A DNA stretch of 64,000 bases. Origin: a virus. The first letter of the stretch is position 1. Each line of letters opens with the position of its first letter. Below the pieces are notes generated by a model. That model ran no database searches. It saw only the letters and a program-made list of their open reading frames with translations, and was not told the origin of the DNA. Both the position numbers and the translations under genes were made by a program. This document shows, in pieces, positions 59,601 through 64,000 of this stretch. The DNA lies in the IMG/VR virus record IMGVR_UViG_3300042527_000802, positions 53,481-117,480 of that record; one strand, 5' to 3'.

Positions 59601-60157
59601 CTTTTCCATCCTGGTGGAGTTTGATCGTCATTATAATATTGAAACCAAGGGAAATATGCTATTCCTAATAAACCAGCATCTAATATATTACCAACCCAAA
59701 TATTTAATGGTTTTATACCATTATCTAGTTGTAAAGTTGGATCTATTCCTCCTTGCGGTGAAGCATATTTTATAGCATCAACTCCAAAGTATGATTCCCA
59801 CTCAGCACTGATTCTGCGGTTAATTCCAGCTAAAGTAAAATTGATTCCAGCACCCCTAGACATGTATCTACAAAATGCTGATGGTAATTGTGTAACGCTA
59901 GTAGTAGTAGCATTAAAATTACTGTTTAGTTCAAACATTTGTTCTTGTACTTGAGCATCAGTAATCTCTGTATATGCCAGACTAGGATTAATCAAAATAT
60001 TGAATACAACCGGTATTGTTACAGTAGTATTTGAATTAGGATCCCATATTCTAGACGATTCATTTAATGTACGTAACGGTAAATACCTACTAGCATATGC
60101 TATATTTGGAAAATCTTCAAATATTTTATCTATTCCACATCTATTTATATTATCCAT
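53681..60157 (-). CDS. 2158-aa modular protein: M43 (pappalysin/ulilysin-type) metalloprotease, Thr/Pro linkers, two permuted FGE/CLec domains, C-terminal domain shared with 7840-10152
   Basis: LLGIAYFP, DGVIV, GRTLTHEIGHWLGLSH and FMNFMDY Met-turn; two sets of YGTYDQ.G...EW / GFRI / AARYCNWLHN. Confidence 0.88.
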   Translation of the reverse strand: MDNINRCGIDKIFEDFPNIAYASRYLPLRTLNESSRIWDPNSNTTVTIPVVFNILINPSLAYTEITDAQVQEQMFELNSNFNATTTSVTQLPSAFCRYMSRGAGINFTLAGINRRISAEWESYFGVDAIKYASPQGGIDPTLQLDNGIKPLNIWVGNILDAGLLGIAYFPWFQYYNDDQTPPGWKSLSDFNAMELSYWARNDGVIVDSTTIGSLRRPNINPRNTRYSRGRTLTHEIGHWLGLSHSWCCGAGPNFYEQCAANNYATCCGAPGRCCSSPADLPDQTGPTRGDVTYPYTTNSCDKVNGTLFMNFMDYTDDIDLYMFSNSQVQIMRDSISLYRTDWIENVINNIAQSTIVPCTNIATPLPPLPTHTRTQTPTRTPTRTITATPTITKSLTPTKSKTPTSTPTPAKITVSAPISIRYGYDYWGDYGGFPWNTNLTPPAPNANAYIGTYWLFTTVISTSYPIFQTSDILDAQIITYNSLGQQNSTIYTCSPEFSSPNAKNMQAITWRTDDNDRLIEDKRILPFSYQVSGPVWQFIYKTRFRINDGRTYDSVYKKVEYNPYTGQILSITRLTTLDITPTPTQTPTITKTPTVTPTRTPTQTVTKSSNLTPTPTVTKTNTTTPTVTPTKTKNITSTPTQTKTPTPTKTRDNGVVGSYNSANFGCFDEICRRITWYYKDQYGNWQTTNITTVGTNGGPSYYGTYDQCGLLEEWTHNGENLNPFNPIVKLYGGSYLSSREQLTPIIATIPSPGYTEGSYRVGALHRGFRICSLNNPLNLNNFVWVANPNNPPAIPFTNRSIGSVSYEYYISKFLVTQCEYVEFLNSIAKTDISQDNLIDDVIWSGHQSGFDTIVRTGNRGSYTYSVVDPVFNNKPMNNIDMVNAARYCNWLHNGKPVGSISNQTTEDGVYQITYPDVLWNVAWISKRFNISTYYIPSENEWIKAGFYNPINTTYWTYATQSNAIINPIAQTFSGDGGINPPPILSCISIITPTPTKTQTITPTRTVTPSQTNKLSAHYANWATCANWNNSTEGNLTSVGSNGGRSAYGTYDQAGQVWEWSNTMGFSFGWPRVFGGAYNTPIDDRIYLSIKNLIVINDLGTMPNRKNNNIGFRIVSKENITLGPEFVSVGDPNNIGFKTNPNLSSTETVGSVSYVYKIGKYPITNCQYADFLNSVARYSDSDAFEVYDSKMDTDIAGGIGRLYNPSSNIPYTYYVKSNMGSKPVVFLSWFSAARYCNWLHNNQPNGTMNNLTTEDGAYSLYGTTSGPFINKNDNAKYYLPNIHEWYKAGYYKGGSTNAGYWDYPTQVSLPAGSSIYDINGIPRCNVATIIGDGQFITSYVCNPPLPPITPTVTPTRLPPWQQSPTPTKTKTQTPTPTKTKTPTKTATPTRTRSTPTPTKTKTVTPTKTVTPTRTVAFSPTPTKSIALTRTPTPTKTVTVTPTVTATRIFPWEQTPTPTISVTKTVTPTVSLTKTLTRTPTLTSSITPTISVTKTVTPTVSLTPSPTPSGLNALECQSCCPHTSLTFWDDPNLVCSDSRITHPISLLSPYYGIIQENNPPSNAYVVLSGTPPQTNLSSRIEIKIPYDPIFSGVYVFDWKNSTDTWQLNTTMTQTSLASYNDVSSSRHNQKIISLAETHNEPTYNGYVEVARLGNSGSNLSGVFAFPTRFVFSAIQPPTDASNQNPLPTGSGHRSVLGFNLPIRWRHEYNDWVVTDAGGHRVSGSKYSKGWETLGPFSWNPSSNLSVSGYATSMSGSNSIRLSGITNNPPIYNLYDTTTKITGVSTKLDYMGFCYRTSASGLPFDNSTYGINIGNFTGIRQQYNKYSISGGYTLDETQLLRNKTDMEAWITFSFSCRTSGTTCNEFDFLSPVTTGFTTISGSCAGSYINADFACGDSVARPDNTYFTTENITGIQVLYSGLSNNVYPFIKLDNVSSGNVYTASRNQVIYINYTGVSNPDNFRSWVNSKFNFVELDNNIITRKWPGVDLYWSKNPNNQNIAWARLIPCDSAAFESSLAGIYIFAVNNIRIWEANGQSGTEFLGQYAHDSNNNRYINVNDDSIQIRFIEDKWHLGKIVSNALQTYYILELTTGGVPQLLDPEFVDYSDYSSSPLSTWNETALPTTCTTLPIGSWTSVGYLGTGNAISIKDPMPLAYNENNPCN
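55655..55796 (-). repeat. 52-nt direct repeat (2 mismatches, 36-nt exact core) at 90-nt spacing in a Thr/Pro linker
   Basis: ggagtaactgttttagttacagatattgttggtgtt at 55671-55706 and 55761-55796. Confidence 0.9.
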
Positions 60158-60158
60158 A

Positions 60159-61913
60159 TTATGGGCTCACAGTATAATCGGAGTAATCTATGTCACATTC
60201 ACAAGTATTATTATTTAGGGTTTCTCCCTCTGGGCAAGTTTTGGGAGCAACCAATACTGGTATATTATTGAACGCTTCATATGCAGCATATGCTGATGCT
60301 AAAAGAGCAGCACTTTGAGCTAACAATGATTTATAGTTCATTTGTTCATTATTCATGCCCGCATTAATATTTTCTATATCAATATATTTACCTTGTATTT
60401 GATTCTGTAAATCTAGTAATTCATTTTCTTCACTTGCTATATTACTTAATATTTCTTGTCCTTTTGTTTGTAGAGCGGCTTTGGTTGTTTGTTTTTCAGC
60501 GATTTCTGATTGTACTTGAATAATTGCTTTCTCTATTTGGTCTCTATTAACTGGAAAGTCATCTAAAATAATTGTTCCATCAGGAGCCCTTGGAGTTGCT
60601 TCATCTAATTTTTTATATAATGCCTGTAAAATTTCATCTTGTCGAAGTATATCATCGCTTATATTTTGAATTTGAGGCAAGATACTAGCTAATTCATCAT
60701 ATAGTTGATTGATAATTGTTAAACTAAGATTACTAGATGCTTCAAGTAAATTTTTAGCCGCATTTACATCCGCTAATTGTTTTGCTAGTGCGGCAATAGC
60801 AGCAGCACTTGCTTTAATTCCACTCATTATTGCTTTAAAGGCAAAAAAAGCAGTAGATAAAAGTTCTATTGCAGAAATTACTGCGCCTAAACTTAATGCT
60901 GTTTCCCAACATCCGCACTGTCCAGTTAATGGACTATATATATTTTGCACAGTATATGTTTGATTGCCTTCGCACTCAATATATTGTGTTTCAAAACGAT
61001 TAAATGAGCCATCTGGATTATAAATGGTCTGTACAGAATTTCCACCACTAGTAATTGTTGTAAATATATTATTTACTTGTGATTCCATATCTCCTAGTGA
61101 TAGAGTGGGCGCATTTTCAGAATCAGTAGGTTGTGTTTGTAGAACAAATGGGCTTAACGAAGTAACAATACCGCATATTTCTCTTGTCGCTTCATTGACA
61201 GAAATAGTTGGAACGTCAACAAATATTCCGCTATTAAAATGCACTAAATTAGTATTATAAAGATCAGAACCGCTAGGAACGGTGGCGCATATTTTTATAT
61301 TTCCAGTATATTGCGCAGTTGTGGAGATATCAAATATTGGAAGACTATTACTAATATCGTTCTGTATGAATAAAAAGCCTGATGTGCTAATAGAATCAAA
61401 AGTTACAGAGATACCATGATTGGTATTTATAGTAATATTATTTCCTGCTTCTATAAAGGTTTCATAAACACTAGGATCTGGCGTGACTTGTATAGTTAAC
61501 ATATCAAAAAGAACAATAGTATCATCAATAATTGCTCTAATATATATATTATAACTTTTTTGTATACTATAATTAGGAGTAGAAATAAATTTTAATTGAT
61601 TATCAGTAATAATAAATTCATTATTATCAATAAATGTTGTACTATTTTCTAAAGAATAAACTATAGTACTATTAATAGTATTTGTTACAGATAATGCGCC
61701 AATCAAAAAAATGGGGTCTGCGTCCCAAGGGAGATAATTACTTGATAGTCTAATAAATTTACCACAAGATCCATTTTTAACTGACGCTATACATTCAGCA
61801 ACCGATGAATATTGGCCACCATCGTCTTGGTAACAAAGTCCATTTGCATCACAACTGTATTTGATTTCGTCAGGACAAATACATGAACAGTCTTTATTAA
61901 TATAAGTACTCAT
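60159..61913 (-). CDS. Modular protein: Cys-rich N-terminus, cadherin-like domain, beta-sandwich domain, hydrophobic segment + long coiled coil, Cys-rich tail
   Basis: YSL...DNNEFII...L...NYSIQKSYNIYIRA (cadherin-like); FDISTTAQYTG.I.IC...ICGIVTSLSPF; heptad-rich region; TAATG overlap with the actin stop. Confidence 0.7.
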   Translation of the reverse strand: MSTYINKDCSCICPDEIKYSCDANGLCYQDDGGQYSSVAECIASVKNGSCGKFIRLSSNYLPWDADPIFLIGALSVTNTINSTIVYSLENSTTFIDNNEFIITDNQLKFISTPNYSIQKSYNIYIRAIIDDTIVLFDMLTIQVTPDPSVYETFIEAGNNITINTNHGISVTFDSISTSGFLFIQNDISNSLPIFDISTTAQYTGNIKICATVPSGSDLYNTNLVHFNSGIFVDVPTISVNEATREICGIVTSLSPFVLQTQPTDSENAPTLSLGDMESQVNNIFTTITSGGNSVQTIYNPDGSFNRFETQYIECEGNQTYTVQNIYSPLTGQCGCWETALSLGAVISAIELLSTAFFAFKAIMSGIKASAAAIAALAKQLADVNAAKNLLEASSNLSLTIINQLYDELASILPQIQNISDDILRQDEILQALYKKLDEATPRAPDGTIILDDFPVNRDQIEKAIIQVQSEIAEKQTTKAALQTKGQEILSNIASEENELLDLQNQIQGKYIDIENINAGMNNEQMNYKSLLAQSAALLASAYAAYEAFNNIPVLVAPKTCPEGETLNNNTCECDIDYSDYTVSP

Positions 61914-62914
61914 TATAATATTTGAGATGCTATTAGGCATCCCTTACTTACTGCGTGTAATGGATCTTTTGCGTGTCTTACTTCTTTTATTTTAATCGGA
62001 AAATTATTTTCGGCAATCTTTTTAGAAAATTCTTCTATATATCCATTTGCAAGAGATGTTCCTCCAGCAATGACTATTGTTAATGGATTTTTAAATTTAG
62101 GCAGAGCTTTATGATTTTGCAATGAGACGCTAAGTTGTTTAGTGGTATAATCTATTAGTCTTTCATAGTAAGAAGAAACAGCAGACAAGATAGCATTATC
62201 ATTGGGTTCACCAATTTTAAAAGAGCCGCCCTCTTTTTCTGCTTGAACAACACTATCTGGTTCACCAGTTGCAACAGCACTCATTCTATCTATCCAATCG
62301 CCAGACTTGGTTGTACTAAATACCACTGTAGGCTCACCATTTAACATGATACAAACGTTCGTCATTCCAGCCCCACAACTAATACCAATACCAGTATATT
62401 CATCATTCTCTAATTCGGCATAGCACAATGCTTCTGCTTCATTAATTGCTCTGGCCTCATAACCACATTCAGCTAAAATATTGGTAATAATATCTTCATG
62501 ATATCCTACATCAAAATCATCATCTTCTTGATCTACTGGTTGTGCAGGAACACAGAATACTATCTTTTCATTGGGTTCAGATGATTGGCCAGCAACTTCT
62601 TTTAAAATAAAAGCAAGGATTCGCTTTGCATCTTTTTCTTTAGCCGATACGACGCCCCTAAACATGGGCCTTTTTGCTGTATCATTTCTTTCTACTGCTT
62701 TTTCTAAAGCATCTTTTCCTAATATGATGAATGAGCCATCTTCATCTTTAATGAATACTTTTCCAGCTAATCCTTTTTCTATCATTTTTGTGGCAACTGG
62801 GGTTGTTGGCTTTATGATATAAAATGCATCCCTAAAATCTTTATATTCAATACCATCTTTAGTTTCTTGAGATAATATAATATAACTTGTACCAACATCT
62901 AAGCCTTTTGCCAT
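61913..62914 (-). CDS. Actin-fold ATPase (MreB/ParM superfamily), volactin-like
   Basis: GLDVGTS (phosphate 1), INEAEA, ISCGAGMTNV (phosphate 2), GDWID, AGGTS (adenosine), DPLHAVSKG (connect 2). Confidence 0.9.
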   Translation of the reverse strand: MAKGLDVGTSYIILSQETKDGIEYKDFRDAFYIIKPTTPVATKMIEKGLAGKVFIKDEDGSFIILGKDALEKAVERNDTAKRPMFRGVVSAKEKDAKRILAFILKEVAGQSSEPNEKIVFCVPAQPVDQEDDDFDVGYHEDIITNILAECGYEARAINEAEALCYAELENDEYTGIGISCGAGMTNVCIMLNGEPTVVFSTTKSGDWIDRMSAVATGEPDSVVQAEKEGGSFKIGEPNDNAILSAVSSYYERLIDYTTKQLSVSLQNHKALPKFKNPLTIVIAGGTSLANGYIEEFSKKIAENNFPIKIKEVRHAKDPLHAVSKGCLIASQIL

Positions 62915-62917
62915 AAT

Positions 62918-63220
62918 TTATCCTTTCATGTTTTTTAATTTATTAATCGCAGAAGATATATTATCATCTGTTTTTTTTGTTTCCCCAATATTATCGTATT
63001 TTTTTTCTAAATTATCTGTACTAATTTTGGTAACAACTTTCCTCTCGTCTATTGATACAGACTGTTGAGCATCGTTGTTCTGAAAAGTTGATTTATTTTT
63101 ATTTTTACTATTTACAAGTCCAATAGTGTTAGTTGCCACACACTGAGTTCTTCCGTAAAAATATCCACAAAAAAAGACCAATATATTTAATATAATAAGA
63201 TAGTATATTTCAGATACCAT
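62918..63220 (-). CDS. Small N-terminally membrane-anchored protein
   Basis: ATG at 63220 after GAGGA; IYYLIILNILVFFCGYFYG; C-terminal ISSAINKLKNMKG. Confidence 0.7.
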   Translation of the reverse strand: MVSEIYYLIILNILVFFCGYFYGRTQCVATNTIGLVNSKNKNKSTFQNNDAQQSVSIDERKVVTKISTDNLEKKYDNIGETKKTDDNISSAINKLKNMKG

Positions 63221-63227
63221 TATGATT

Positions 63228-63258
63228 CCTCTTATAGTCTTTTTACACCAAGAGTCAA
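63228..63258 (-). promoter_or_regulatory. Putative promoter of the actin operon, containing TGGTGTA
   Basis: Minus strand reads TTGACTCTTGGTGTAAAAAGACTATAAGAGGA. Confidence 0.5.
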
Positions 63259-63259
63259 T

Positions 63260-63285
63260 AAAAAAAGGGGCCAAAAGGCCCCCTT
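63260..63285 (-). terminator. Rho-independent terminator after the HNH gene
   Basis: Minus strand GGGGCC-TTTT-GGCCCC followed by a T7 run. Confidence 0.85.
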
Positions 63286-63290
63286 AGTTA

Positions 63291-63620
63291 TTATGGTCTA
63301 TCTTTAATTTTAAGCAGATATTCTTGACAATCGGATGCTACGTTTGAATTCCAACTTTTATAGTTCATTAAGTGACCAAATACCATATGACATGGACTGT
63401 CACACAATGTTATTAAATTAGACGGATCCAATTCTCTGTTGGGATTAACGTGAACAGGTTCTATATGATGAACTTCTAATTTATCACATCTGCCACAAGC
63501 AGCACAACAAGGATTATCCTTTAAATGTTGTTTTCTAACAGATGACCATTTGGGCGATCTGGTAGCAAATCTTAAAAATCTAGATTTAATACCAAAATCA
63601 ATTCCCAAAATCTTCATCAT
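63291..63620 (-). CDS. Small HNH endonuclease
   Basis: CAACG, EVHHIEP, NLITLC...CH...GH. Confidence 0.85.
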   Translation of the reverse strand: MMKILGIDFGIKSRFLRFATRSPKWSSVRKQHLKDNPCCAACGRCDKLEVHHIEPVHVNPNRELDPSNLITLCDSPCHMVFGHLMNYKSWNSNVASDCQEYLLKIKDRP

Positions 63621-64000
63621 ATGTCGCCTATAATTCGCCCCTTTTGAGTTCTGATAATATATCCTTTTCTAACAAGATATGGCTCAATACTATTTTCAAT
63701 AGTATCAATAGCAATACCTGTCATAGATGATATGGACTTTAAACCAAGAGGAGTACCTTTACTTTTTTGAAGTGTTGATAGATACGTTCTATCATACACA
63801 TCCAATCCATTTTCATCTATTCCCTGTACATTAAAAATATCATCAATTGTAGACGAATCATTATGACAGAATTTATAGTTTTTATACCATTGTAGTCTAG
63901 CATTTAAAATTCGTGGAGTCCCTTTACTTCTTTTAGCAATTTCCAAGAGGTCTTGATCCTCCATGACTATGCCTAGTTTGTCACAATTCAACCTTGCTAG
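63617..64000 (-). CDS. ruvB: Holliday junction branch-migration ATPase RuvB, C-terminal part (5'-truncated by the window)
   Basis: IAKRSKGTPRI, GIDENGLD, P.GL, TIE...EPYL...G.I.RT..GR; frame open to the window end. Confidence 0.9.
   Translation of the reverse strand, partial: LARLNCDKLGIVMEDQDLLEIAKRSKGTPRILNARLQWYKNYKFCHNDSSTIDDIFNVQGIDENGLDVYDRTYLSTLQKSKGTPLGLKSISSMTGIAIDTIENSIEPYLVRKGYIIRTQKGRIIGDI

Noticed and set aside
201-62822. Remaining short ORF-track entries nested in or antisense to long genes (e.g. 1200-1490, 12733-13026, 28235-28570, 46070-46405)
   Set aside because: They overlap well-supported genes completely and show no recognisable motifs
1-64000. Cellular chromosome or eukaryotic giant-virus origin
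   Set aside because: Bacterial-type promoters, Shine-Dalgarno sites and overlapping operons, divergent replication genes packed among hypotheticals, and no housekeeping operons or NCLDV core genes

Overview
AT-rich, densely coding 64-kb fragment of a large dsDNA tailed phage read in the standard code (table 11). I saw no rRNA, tRNA, CRISPR array, reverse transcriptase, integrase or transposase. The + strand (1-37084) carries Thr/Pro-linker adhesin-like proteins, a cluster of small membrane proteins around a papain-like peptidase, nucleotide metabolism genes (dCMP deaminase, class II ribonucleotide reductase, PhoH, dNMP kinase), a bacterial-type replication/recombination block (RecA, DnaB, primase, two-gene DnaE, DEDDh exonuclease, SSB, Rad52-like protein) and a glycosyltransferase-like cluster. 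The - strand (64000-37081) carries RuvB, an HNH nuclease, an actin-fold ATPase with a small membrane partner, modular Cys-rich adhesin/protease proteins and very large probable virion proteins. Main observations: (1) a volactin-like actin heading an operon with adhesin-like genes; (2) an intein-less split DnaE with a 59-aa ORF and an exonuclease between the halves; (3) four circularly permuted FGE/C-type-lectin domains; (4) a possible non-canonical lysis/envelope module; (5) a GGTGTA motif in 5 of the 8 larger intergenic gaps. A Planctomycetota/PVC host is a guess from protein style only. All family assignments come from motif recognition by eye, without database searches.
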